From Octopus sinensis (lineage: Eukaryota), in the NCBI RefSeq assembly GCF_006345805.1, contig NC_042999.1:48670001-48734000 (forward strand): a stretch of 64,000 nt of DNA, given 5' to 3'. This document shows, piece after piece, positions 1 through 12,914 of this stretch. The position numbers and the translations under genes are program-made. The first letter of the stretch is position 1. Each line of letters starts with the position of its first letter. The notes beneath the pieces are model-generated. The model was not told the origin of the DNA and did not search any database. It saw nothing but the letters and a program-made list of their open reading frames with translations.

Positions 1-924
1 CAAAGAGAGCGAATAATGCAGATATTGACAAAGCCCTGACCCATCAATGGCTAATGGCCTCTGGCTTAAAATCTGAAACAGAAGGGTTTATCATAGCAGT
101 TCAATATCAATGCCTACCAACAAGAAACTACCAGGCCAACATATTAAAGAACGGCAGTAGCCCAACATGTCGTGAATGCCGACAACAAAATGAAACCATT
201 GATCATGTCGTCTCCAAATGCAGCCTTCTAGCGCCTACAGAGTACCTCAACAGGCATGATAGAGCTGCACAATATATTCACTGGGTAATTTGCAAAAACC
301 TGGATTTGCCCCATCAAAAAAACTGGTGGGAACACAATCCACCTCCAGTGCTTGAAAATGACCACATCTCACTCCTCTGGAACTTCACCATTCAAACTGA
401 CAGAAAGATAGATGCAAACAGGCCAGACATCATATTGAAAGACTTCAGACAAAGAACATGCCTCCTCATTGATATGACTGCCCCAATCGATATAAACGTA
501 TCTGTCAAAACCTACCAAAAACTGAGCAAATATAAAGATCTTGAAATAGAAATCAGCAAAATGTGGAAGCTGAAGACTAAAACAATACCTGTTGTCATAG
601 GTGCTCTGGGAATGATAGCGAAAGGGGCTGATTGCTACCTAACTCAGATACCAGGAAACCCCAAAATGGCAGAAATTCAAAAGATAGTGCTCATGGGAAC
701 TGCTCATATCCTACGCAAAATACTCTCTATGTAATTCCAAGGTTTAAAACAAACTTTTTTTAATGTATTAGACATTCACTAGTACAACACCCCAAAAAAA
801 AAAACTCAAATATATGGCACACTAGGCATAACAACAACGTGAACTTACAACCTGTTGTCTCTTGAGGTCTCTGGGTGAGACTTGGAGCCAACTTGTACAG
901 ACATAAAGCAAAAGTCAAACATAG
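1..924 (+). mobile_element. 3' part of an R4/Dong-type RLE non-LTR retrotransposon (family 1, copy A); continues off the left edge
   Basis: ORF 54-734 has CCHC knuckle CRECRQQNETIDHVVSKC and RLE motif RPDIILKD...LLIDMT.PID...K..KLSKY. The 3' UTR ends AAGTCAAACATAG directly into (AAT)n. Near-identical copy at 45024-46083. Confidence 0.85.
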
Positions 925-962
925 AATAATAATAATAACAATAATGACAATAATAATAATAA

Positions 963-1030
<68 letters not shown>

Positions 1031-1075
1031 GCATTAGTAGTTGTAGTAATAATAATACTAGTAAGAAAAAAATTA
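925..1075 (+). repeat. (AAT)n/(ACT)n microsatellite at the 3' junction of the R4/Dong copy
   Basis: Direct reading of the sequence. Confidence 0.95.
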
Positions 1076-1249
1076 TATCATGAATAAGAACAAAAAAGAA
1101 TAAAGTGACGCAAGAGACATGAAATCCATGAATATCTGCCATAAAATTGCTCTATCTTATTGACTTTATCAATCAATAATTTGTACATGATATTAGGTGC
1201 ATTTATTGCATCACATATTGTTTACTTCCCTTCGTTCTTTCATTTGTCC

Positions 1250-1337
1250 CATATTATTATTATTTATACTGTCAATATTACCTCTACCATTTTTATTACT
1301 CCATTGATTGTTATTATTATTTTTATTATTTTTATTA

Positions 1338-1411
<74 letters not shown>

Positions 1412-1648
1412 TTATCATTATTATCATTATTATTAATATTATTATTATTATTATTAATTTTATTATTATTATTATTATTATTACTATTATCATTATTATT
1501 ATTGTTATTATTATTATTATCATTCGTAGTATTAATAGTAGTAGTGGTGGTGGTGGTGGTGGTAGTAGTGGGGAAGGTGGTGGCGGCTGTGGCAGTACAA
1601 GCAGCAGTAGCTGCATTAATAATAGTAGTAGTAGTAGCAGCAGTAGTA

Positions 1649-1728
<80 letters not shown>

Positions 1729-1730
1729 TC
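1250..1730 (+). repeat. Compound trinucleotide microsatellite (TTA)n-(GTA)n-(GGT)n-(GCA)n-(GTA)n
   Basis: Direct reading; source of the spurious poly-I/L/V/A ORFs. Confidence 0.95.
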
Positions 1731-3124
1731 ATTTGTCATTGTTCATTTCCCTTCACCACGAACAATTGTTTCCTACTTCATTTCTTGATTTAACCAACCA
1801 TAAAATTACATCAATATTTATGCTCCACTATACTGCATATGCTTAATTCCAAGTACTACATCCCCGTGGACTTTCAATCAGATTTATGACAAAATCGATA
1901 AATAGAGGAGTGTTTTATTCTAATAATATACTTGCAACACCACAGCGTGGTGATGAGTTTGGACACAGAAGCGTTTGGTATAAGACGTTCATTTTGATTT
2001 TTATCAATTTACTATTTATACACAGGCATGATCTTTGAATAAATTCATTTGCTCGCGTAAATATGAATGCTATTTCGTATGTGATATTGTTAACTAGAAA
2101 TCCAATACCACGAGATGACTTATCCTCTTTTCGTCATGTGTGTGATATCATGAGCTACAAAAAGTGGGGCGTTAACCCCTCAAAAACTAGAGTCAATTCA
2201 TGGGCCAAAGAGAGAATACTTAATTAGAGTAAAAAAAGAAATAAGAGAACCGTCTTTCAAGGAATTTACTTTTCGAAAATGATACGCTGCAATTTGAGAA
2301 AATATATCCAATATATTTAGTAAAATAAAAATCATCGCAGACATTCCACCGTTGTCTTCTGCTAATCTTCTTTTTTACTATAATCTACCAAACAGCAAAA
2401 TCCGCGACATGGTTTCAATACACGGTTGCATACACTCGCATTCTACTTATACTGCTAACGATATTTATGTTTGGCACTTGTTCTTTATTTGTATTTTGTT
2501 TTCGTGTTTACAGAGCCTATTCTCCAAACTACATTTTTAAATGTGTGTCTAATATTTCGATCGTCTAGTATATTAATGCATGTAGATTAAATAGTATATT
2601 AATGCATGTAGATTATAATTACTGTTCATGATATAAATCTGAACCAATATCATGCTCACTTGCACTTTCAATTGATTAGGAAATGTAATCACTTCAGTTA
2701 CATCAAAGTTCATCTATAGGTGTTGGATGACATACAATGTTAAACATTATGCAAATATATCAAAGCATAAAAATCTTAGAGCGTTATATTTGCAGCTATA
2801 TATGTGTATCATATAGCATTTGTGTGCAATGGCATAACAGAAGACACGTGTACAATATAACGTTTGAGATAGTATGGGAATAATGTAACATCGGGAAGGT
2901 GTATGCAAAGTATATGGAACATTGCACCTACATTATGGCATATAAGAAATATATGGTATGCTCAACAGTATATTCGCAATATAATGCAGAATATAGTATG
3001 TCTATAATATGCCGTATGAATAAATATGTTTAGAATATGGTACATAAAATCCACAATATGGCTTTTGAGATTATATCTCAAAGTTCTTTTTGATTCTGCT
3101 GGACACATTAGCTTTTTCATGTCC

Positions 3125-3330
3125 TAAATTACTCTTCCCAGGTTGACCACATCCATAGCGTTTTGGAGCTCCGAGTTGTGTACAATTACCAGTTCTCCAC
3201 GTACATTATCTGATGACCAACAGCTAACTAGCACACTCCAAGATCTTCCACTAATTGACAGCTGAGATGCTATAGTTCTTGTACATTGTCTAGCAGATCT
3301 GGTTAAACACTTGTTGTCATCCAAAATAAA
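3125..3330 (-). mobile_element. Possible decayed mariner transposase HTH fragment
   Basis: Translation DDNKCLTRSARQCTRTIASQLSISGRS loosely resembles the mariner second HTH (EDRR.T.R.IA..LGIS). Weak match. Confidence 0.3.
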
Positions 3331-4699
3331 GGGGAACTCGCATTGTCTGTCACATGTCTTCGTCTAGTCATTGGATCCACCCACCAATACGGTAACTAAA
3401 TGTTCGAAGTTCTAAATCAAGCAACCTGCTTGGTGAGTGCTTATTTATAGTGAATATGTTTGAATATATCTATAAAGGGGCACATAATTCATTTTAAAAT
3501 ATGCCATTTATACAAAGTACACCGAAATGCAGATTAGGTATATTTACCTATAAAATAGCAAATGATAAATTACATAAATGTTAGAAATTGTATCTACAAG
3601 ATCTCCCAAGAAAAAAATACATCCACAATTTTTTTAGTACAAGAGGAAGCTTTAAATATGAAACTTGTGATACTATGATGTTTCTCTATAATGCCTACTC
3701 CACACTTTCACCGTCAGGTATAATAATCGTACACGAGATAGTTTTGTCTCTTCCCTCATATGTACTATCTATGAGGCGCACAAACTTTATATGGTAATTC
3801 GACGAGAAAAGTACTCATTAGTTTATAAATAATAGAAACTTTTTATTCTGAATTGATTGATACGTTTGCATATTTATTATTTCAGACACGTGAAAATTTG
3901 TTTTTTGTAGTTTTCTTTTTTTTTTCTAAAATGCAAATCTAATGTTGGAAATAAGATTTACACTGATGTTTATTATGATTTTGCCTTTCGAACCTCTATA
4001 AACACCTGCCTCTTCGTCTCTCTCTATATCCCTCTCTCTCTGACACTCTGTTTATATTTACATATATACATACATGCCTACATATGCATAAAATACATAT
4101 GTATGTGTATACACATTCACACGCACATACTATATTTATGTATATATATATATATATATATAAATATATATGCATATACATATAGTTGTGTATGTGTGTG
4201 CTTGAGAATATACACATTATATTTATATATATATATATATATATTATTTTTCGATTATATAATGAAATCATTAAATATAATAGGATAGGAAATTTAGTCA
4301 TATATGTCTTGCAGCTGTTGACTTACTCCAACCGTGTATACTATTTAAACTAAGGTAAAATTTAATAGTTTTCTTGCAAAATGGCATATATTTTTGAATG
4401 TTTTTCTTTGTAAAAGACAGAAGGTATTTTACGTTTTCAGTCTTTATAAGTTACTAGGTCTCTCTATAATAAAATCTATATTAATATTCCGGGAAGTAAC
4501 ACGTATAGGAATTATTGTATTGCAGCAAGAAATGCCTGGTTGTCGTATTTATTCGAATTCTAATCCTAACCTCCGTATGTTTTTTTTAAAATTAATTTGT
4601 TCTCGTAGAAAATTTTATGCATAAGTCTATGGAGTCTATAAGTCTACATGTCTATGTGAGGGTGATGACGTTCAAGCACTGACGTTGAAAATGCTGTAG

Positions 4700-5420
4700 T
4701 GCTGGAAAAATGTGTCCTAAACAGAGTGTATAAATTCAGAGGCAGGAAGGAATGGGCCTAGCTGTTAATGAAGCAGCTGATTATGGATAGCGAGGAGGTA
4801 AGTTTTAACGAATTAGTCAGTAATACTCGAATGAAGTTAACGTAAAGCTAGTCAGCTATGAACACCTAAATTTATTGAAGCTACGTGCCACACAAAGTAA
4901 TCCGCCGTATTAAAATAGAGTTGGTTAACAGGCCCGAAAATAGTGCTTTATTCGCAGAAACGCTCAGACAACAACTTCTAACTATTGCGAGAGCTACGGC
5001 AAGGAGCTGAATACTGCTGCTACACATATGGCGTTTCACCAGCAATCCTCTCCTACCCTGGATTGACCACAGTCTCCAGCAGCTTCATATAGACGTCTGA
5101 ATTGATGCTAAGATTCTGTTCATCAGTTGTTGGATAAATTTCGGCGGTCAGACACCATCAGAACGTCTGTTGTGTCCCTTGCTGGAGTGTACGATCGTAT
5201 TCTTCGTTGCAGTAATGCATCTCACGTTCTACAGTCTTTACAATGTTCATAGAGAAGTCATGATGTCGACAATTCGATACCCGGTTTGAATAATCATGAT
5301 ACAAATAATTCCTTTCCAATATTCAGATGATTTCCAGTATTCCTATCAGCTACGTTTTGCTCAACTGCAGATTTAATGTCTATGTTCTCCAACGCCATTA
5401 ACTGTTCACTATTACATCAA
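4700..5420 (-). mobile_element. Decayed Tc1/mariner (DD37D/maT-like) transposase relic
   Basis: Minus strand gives INSDVYMKLLETVVNPG*ERIAGETPYV*QQYSAPCRSS, then NS...DYFVWH, matching the WQQDSAPCH and NSPDLNP.DY.VW motifs. Multiple stops and frameshifts. Confidence 0.55.
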
Positions 5421-7599
5421 ACTATTCCTGAAAAAATGAAATTAGCCCCAACCTCCAATAGGTAGATACTGTATTGATTGTGTGTATGCATGTAAGAGCG
5501 GTACTGTGTGATGTGTAAGAGCAGTGACTATTGAAAAGTCTATGATTTCCTTGAGATTTGAATAAGTTAGTAGTTGCTGTGAGTTTAAGTGTTATCTGTT
5601 TTTGAAGAGAAGGGACAGTCATTGCTTTCGTTTTTTGCACCATTATGAATGTGCGTTGGGCAGTGGAGTTGTTCAGTGATGCTGAAGCCTAGTATTTAAA
5701 GCAATTGTATTTTCTCGATGAGTAGCTTTTGTACATATATGGTCAACGAGAAGTTCTATTTGTTTTTAAGAGTAATAATTATGTATATTGATTGTTGATT
5801 GAAACCACCAAATGTGCAAATGAAGTCAACGTAGATGTTGCTTGATTTGTCTAGGTTACTATTGGAGAATACTTAGATGTGAAAGTTTAGGAAAGGGTGG
5901 AGAGCGGAATTATCTGATGTGGTGGTTGATGTTAAATAGGTCATTGATATTTCGGAAGAAGTGTGTGATGAACAAAACGAAACTTTGGGACACACCAGAG
6001 CTGTTTAGTTATCGGTTACAGAGATTTCCATTTCTGTACACCTACGATAGTGTAATAAGAGTTGAAGTCACTGGTGCAAGAGTTGAATAAACGAATAAAG
6101 GCGAATAAAGATGGGCCGTTTTCATGATTTTTTTACATCAAATTGTTTATCTCATTGCATTTCAGGTTCAAGCACAGGCGTCTTAAATTCCATGAACATG
6201 TTTTTACTCCTACACAAACAATTACCATGGCGCGAATGTCTTGCCCCCATTAGGTCTTTCGATGACTTCCTCATTGTAACTGCCTGATATACAATCACCT
6301 GTTATACACCAACCCCTTCCTGTAGTACTCTGTGTTACTTTAAGTCAGCTGATTATCCATTGTTCTGCCGCGTTTATGCTACATATCCCAGGGTGAAGGC
6401 GGGGCGTCAGTCCTCATTTATCAGAAACATCTGGGCAAGTAGGTGATAGCATTCTCCCAGGCATACCCCTTCAAAACAAACACAAAAAAATTATAATACC
6501 CGATTACCTAAAAATAATTTACTTGTAGATACGCTAAATGTGTTTGAGCTGAAAAGAAAACCAATAATACCCAACGAATCTTACCGAAATCCAGCAGCAC
6601 AATGATCATTGGGACATGATTTGACGGCTCACTTTGTATCCTAATCTCCATCAACTCTGGCATTCTCCTCTGATCGCTTTGTCCTCAAGTAGCATACTTC
6701 TGTACATTTTAGCGCCTTATTTCTATCCTTATGCAGACAACTCAAACCTGTAGTTCTCACTAATTTTGCTGCGAAAATGTTTAAGAGAAAACAATTCGAT
6801 GGAGGTAGATAATATAGTTATTATTGTGTATGTATATATACATGCGTATATATAATGTAGTATTCACTTGATTAAAAACACTTAAAGTTGATGTTTCAGC
6901 CTAACCGCACCACCAAACACCAATTACTGAAGTCATAAATAGGATAAAAGAATAAATTATATCAATGAACAATCAAGAAATCTTTGAACAGTATAAATTG
7001 TTATGTGCAACTAAAATCCGGATTAAAAACAATTACTTTCAAATGTAAGTGATATATTATTTCCTAAATTTCAAAGTAATATATTTTATATTCACGTGAT
7101 ATTAAACTGGACAAAACACACACTTCCTATGATATAATTTATCAAAGACATCGAATGAAGCAAATCAAAGCGGTAAATCAAATAACTTGTTTTTCACTTC
7201 CTGAATGATATATATATATATATTCTAGAAAATTATCCTCCTTAGAACTTTTGCGCATAAAATTACTTTTCAAATCTCATTGTAATACTAAAACACGTTA
7301 TATTCGGCTAAATGATCTATTACTACTATGAAAACTTTCATTCCCATTGACACTACCTATAAATGACTGAATTTAAATCAATAGAAAATTTATTTTAAAT
7401 CGTGAACTCGTATCCTCATCTTCTCCACGTATGCCACACTTCTCCTTGTACGCTCCTCTTCTCTTCTTTACGGTCAAATAATTATACACCGTGCTGGTTT
7501 CTTGATGTCACTCAATACCAACAACAATTTTCAATAAACTAAAAACAGGCGATTCACGATTTGCATTAGGAGAAAGGGTGGTTAAAGTCTTCCCTTTCT

Positions 7600-8552
7600 T
7601 ATTTCTTTACTGCTCAGAGAGGACAAACAAGAACAGATTAAACGGATTAAGTCGATAATATCGATCCCAGTGCGTAACTTGTACTTAGTTAATTGGCCCC
7701 GCAAGGATGAAAGACAAAGTCGACCTCGGCGGAATTTGAACTTAGAACGTAGCGTCAGACGAATACCTATTTCTTTACTACCCACAAGGGGTTACACACA
7801 GAGGGGACAAAGAAGGACAGACAAACGGATTAAGTCGATTACATCGACCCCAGTGCATAACTGGTACTTAGTTAAACCGATCTCGAAAGGATGAAAGGCA
7901 AAGTCGACTTCGGCGGATTTGAACTCAGAACGTAACGGCGGACGAAATACGGCTACGCATTTCGCCCGGCGTGCTAACGTTTCTGCCAGCTCTCGTCCCC
8001 ATCATCTCACAATATATCATGTGTAACTTGTTCCCGTTTTTAATACTTAGTCTTAGTTAAGCGTATATCAGATCTGGTCCAGCATTTCTCTAATCAAATA
8101 TATTCTTGACATGTCCACCGTCTATTCACCCATGATTTATCTTCTGTATGTTTACGTAATTCAAATACGTTTTATTTTAATATGAAAGAGATTTCTACTA
8201 AGTCGAAGAAGTATTTACATTCTCTCTCATACGTTGGTATATATTTATTTCTACATACTTATCAATTAATCTTTACTTGACGGCGGAATTTGAACTTAGA
8301 ACGTAGCGTCAGACGAATACCTATTTCTTTACTACCCACACGGGGCTAAACACAGAGAGGACAAACAATGACAGACAAACAGATTAAGTCGATTATATCG
8401 ACCCCAGTACGTAACTGGTACTTATTTAATCGACCCCGAAAAGATGAAAGGCAAAGTCGACCTCGGCGGAATTTGAACTCAGAACGTAGCGGGAGACGAA
8501 ATACTGCTAAGCATTTCGTCCGGCGCGCTAGCGTTTCTGCCACCTTGCCGTC
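7600..8552 (-). mobile_element. SINE family B composite: original dimer plus an inserted copy of the 57.7-58.2 kb segment
   Basis: A-box-like TGGCAGAA(A/T)CG and B-box GAGTTCAAATTCC on the minus strand. Central GGTCGACTTTGCCTTTCATCCTTTCG domain resembles the Meta/MESC SINE domain (from memory). Imperfect TSD TTAA(A)GTC(T/C)TCCCTTTCT at 7582-7599 and 8553-8569. Confidence 0.85.
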
Positions 8553-9474
8553 TTAAGTCCTCCCTTTCTAACTAACTCTGTCTTTCGATGCGCCTCCGCC
8601 CTTACTATTCTTCTAATGCTAGTGTTGTTCTATTACCAATATATATTTCCCGTTTTATATATAATTTATCTATCTTAATTATACATAAATGTGACGTTAT
8701 ACAATAAATCTTGTAGGGTGTATTTTTAAGAAAATTTAAGAGTGGACGATAAAGGAAAATAATATCTAAATATGTGAAACGATGTGGCATCGCCAAAACA
8801 CAATATTATGAACTAATCGCCATTGATATTACATTATTTCATTCCCAGTACTTAATCTACGTTATGAAACATGGTTTACGTATCTAATTTTTTTTCCGTT
8901 CGATATAATTAAGAAATAATTACCTATCTCTCATTAGATATATATTCCTGTGTGAACTGCTCTGGCTGTTTTATATTATTTTCGGAAAAAACAAATCGAT
9001 TGTTATAACTTCGGTAGTTTCATCTGCAGTTATTCATCATTTAAATACATAAGTGACGCAAGGTGAATGTTTGCTTAATTTGTAAGCAAATTTATTGAAA
9101 AAAGTATTGACTTGATTATATCTATTATCGCCGCAAGCAATTCTTTTTCCAGTATCTGTAAAGAAAATGTGTTGCTAAATTACTACAGCTTAAAATAAGA
9201 ACTGTCCATTTAAACCTTGAAGCGCTCAAAGTGTTAATTTGTTGTATTTTTAATTAATATTTACACTTGCGTAAGCATTGCCATCAATTTCTTGCGTGGG
9301 TCATGACCTCTAGAAAATTATTTCAGCATCATTTATCCACTGTAATTCTACCTCGCTTGAATCTTCATTGCATTCAATAAGTAAATAAGTAAATAAATGA
9401 ATAAATAAATAAATAAAACAATATAAGTTTATGCGGCAGTTGTTTCTAATCCATCTTGAATGTATTATTTTATC

Positions 9475-10358
9475 TTTTACTTGTATTGATCATTCGACTG
9501 TGGCCATGCTGGTGCAACACCTTGAGAAATGTTCGGACGAATGAATCTTATTTATTAAAAGCATGGTAGTTTTTTTCTATTGGTCTGTTCTGCAGAAACG
9601 CTATATTACGGAGATGTAAACACACAAGCACCGGCTGGCAAGCGATGCATGTGAAGGCAAATGCAGACGCAAAGACACACAAACTCATGCATATATATGC
9701 CCCCCCCACACACACACGCACATAGATATGTATATACATAGGTTTCTTTCAAATTTTGTTAGTCAAATCCATTTACAAGGCTTTGATTGGCCCGTGGGTA
9801 TAGTAGAAGACACATAAGGCAGCGAGCTGGCAGAATCGTTCGCACGCCGGGCGAAATGCATAGCCGTATTTCGTCTGCCGTACGTGCTGAGTTCAAATTC
9901 CGCCGAGGTCGACTTTGCTTTTCATCCTTTCGTGGTCGATAAATTAAGTACCAGTTACGCATTGGGGTAGATGTAATCGACTTAATCCGTTTGTCTCTCC
10001 TTTTTGTTTGTCCTTGTTGTCAAGGATAAGGACCTTGTTGTCAAGGTTGTCCTTCTTGTTTATCCTCTCTGTATTTAGCCCCTTGTGTGTAGTAAAGAAA
10101 TAGGTATTTCGTATGCCGTTACGCTCTGAGTTCAAATCCGCCGAGGTCGACTTTGCCTGTCATCCTTTCAGTTACGCACTGGGGTCGATGTAATCGACTT
10201 AATCACTTTGTCTGCCCTTGTTTGTCTCCTCTATGTTTAGCCCTTTTGTGGACAATAAAGAAGTAAGAAGACACATTCCTATGTTGCCACGCAGTGTGAC
10301 TGAACCCGGAGCCATATTGCTGGGAAGCAAGCCTCCTGCCCCACAGCCACGCCTGCGC
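9475..10358 (-). mobile_element. SINE family A copy, split by a family B insertion
   Basis: Tail at 9475-9815 and head at 10277-10358 both match family A copies elsewhere in the window. Confidence 0.8.
9816..10265 (+). mobile_element. SINE family B dimer inserted in family A
   Basis: Head GGCAGCGAGCTGGCAGAATCG and B-box GAGTTCAAATTCC. Second unit restarts at TATTTCGT (~10103). 11-bp TSD AGAAGACACAT at 9805-9815 and 10266-10276. Confidence 0.85.
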
Positions 10359-10574
10359 GTATGATCGTAGTATTTTATTATTATTTGGGAGTAAAGCACA
10401 GATTAAAATGAAAATTTGAATGTTTATGATATCTATCAACATAAATAAGACCTGAACGAATGAGGAAGCCTTTACGAACTTCCGACATGCTTAGAATTAC
10501 AGTCATAACATCGCCATATTATACATCCAGTCCTGTAAAACCAAACAGAAATAGGAGTGATAAAATATATACTC

Positions 10575-10972
10575 TCTACTCTTTTACTTTTTTACTTGTT
10601 TCAGTCATTTGACTCGGCCATGCTGAAGCAACGCAATTTGTCGAGAAAATCTTTGTAAGCCTAGTACTTATACTATCGGTCTCTTTTTGCCGAACTGCTA
10701 AGTTACGGGGACATAAACCCACCAGCATCGTTTTTCAAGCGATGTTGAGGAGGGGGTCAAACACAGACACACAAACGCACACCCATATATATATACATAT
10801 ACATATATAAGCCGGGCTTCTTTCAGTTTCCGTCTACCAAATCCACTCACAAGTCTTTGGTCAGCCCGAAGCTATAGTAGAAGACACTTGCCCAAGGTGT
10901 CACGCAGTGGGACTGAACCTGGAATCATGTCGTTGGTAAGCAAGTTACTTACCACACAGCCACGCCTGCGCC
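10575..10972 (-). mobile_element. tRNA-derived SINE family A, full length
   Basis: A box TGGCTGTGTGG, B box GGTTCAGTCCC, CORE/V-like CCTTGGGCAAGTGTCTT, internal (TA)n, tail ending AGTAAAAGAGTAGAG. Confidence 0.85.
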
Positions 10973-10985
10973 AATAATGTGTGAC

Positions 10986-11103
10986 GCTTACAGCACCTAG
11001 GTTTCCCAAGCAGTCACCAATCTAAGAACTAACTAGGCTCGACGCTGCTTAACTTCGGGGATCGAACTAGAACCGGTGCTTTCAACGTGATATGGCCGTA
11101 AGC
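10986..11103 (-). rRNA. Solitary 5S rRNA copy, probably a pseudogene
   Basis: The reverse complement GCTTACGGCCATATCACGTTGAAAGCACCGGTTCTAGTTCGATCCCCGAAGTTAAGCAGCGTCGAGCC...GGTGCTGTAAGC is a 118-nt 5S with pairing termini (helix I). Box C region is mutated and there is no oligo-T terminator after the 3' end. Confidence 0.85.
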
Positions 11104-11622
11104 GAATCTTAAAAAAAAATTTCGAAATATATTTCAAAATGTAATGGATTAATGTTGGATCGCAGATCTTTTGAATGGGGGCTGACTGTGAATACGCAAC
11201 TATAACAATAATAACAACAGCAGGAAAAACAAGAAAAGACTCAGATGATGTACATGGGAATAAAGGGGAAGAAAAACCAACGGAAAACAATGTAATGTTG
11301 CAGTAGGCATGTTTTTTTTTTATTTTTTGTTCCAATGTACCAAATAGAAAGGAATGTAAAGATGGTAATGTAAAGTAATAAGAAGAAGACATGGGAAATT
11401 AGAAATATCAGTCGAATCAATCGTAAGAAATTATACGAACCGCTAAGTTAAGCGAATAATTGTGTTTGAGAATCCGGATCTGCGTTGCAGATTGGGAATT
11501 GCACGAGTTTTTCTTTGTTGTGCTGTGCATGTATGACTGATAACCATGTTCATGTTATTAGAAAATTTACACTGATTCTTCCGATGAAAGCCTACGACAG
11601 CGACCGCGTATAGTTGTGGTAG

Positions 11623-12000
<378 letters not shown>

Positions 12001-12655
12001 ATGACATCCACAAGAGCAACGACAACGATGATAGTGATGACATAGTGGTCGTTGAATACATTGATCACGTGGTGATTGCAACTATAACGATGGCGGGGAC
12101 GAGGAAGAAGAGAAGAAGGAGGAAGAATGTCCAGGATGATAACATACAGGAACGAATAGGACGAACATATTGATATCATGATTGAGACAACGATGTGTTA
12201 TCGACGGAAAAAAGTGAGAAACTGAAATAAGTAAACTCTTAAAGTAGCTAAGTTTTAGCTTTATAGTAACTCTGAAGCCAGTAGTTTTACATCAGCTCAA
12301 GAATGCATTTTCTCTTTTTCTACCGTTAGATCTACCGTTAGATCAAATACGTCCTTCTTTTTTCACGCAGTAACTATACAATTTGGGACAAACTGAGATG
12401 CTGTTTAGAGTGAAAGTATCGAACATGTAGAGGCCCGGTTGAAGGTAGCAATCATAACGAATATATAGCATAATGCATATGGTTATTGCTTTAAAGGCAG
12501 ATGTAACACGGTTTGGACTATCATCAGAATTCGGAATGCTACGGAATATACACCTCTGTCAAGTAGAGCGGAACAGTGCGTAATTCGAACTCAGGAACTA
12601 AATTTATGTAACTGAAAAAGGGAAGGTATTTAGCTATAAAGATCTATGCAAACGA

Positions 12656-12707
<52 letters not shown>

Positions 12708-12708
<1 letters not shown>

Positions 12709-12914
12709 TGGGTTGGCAACTAAGTTCCTGGCGCTTTTAGATAATTTTTGTTTATTTTCAGATCATTAAAATGGAATGTCAAGTTAAGAAAAACGAGCAT
12801 TTCGACACATCCTTTTTGCTTTTAATCAATGTTCTATGCCCGCAAAATCTGCTCGCGACATTTGTGCCGTGTATGGAAAGGGTGCCACAGCAGGATAGAA
12901 GTGGTTAGCAAAAC
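12708..12914 (+). mobile_element. Mariner 5' end (mellifera-subfamily-like TIR) with N-terminal transposase remnant
   Basis: TA|TTGGGTTGGCAACTAAGTT TIR at the end of a (TA)n run. ATG at 12771 gives MECQVKKNEHF, then (after a frameshift) AKSARDICAVYGKGA. Confidence 0.75.

Noticed and set aside
875-1846. Long poly-I/L/V/A ORFs resembling membrane proteins
   Set aside because: Translations of trinucleotide microsatellites.
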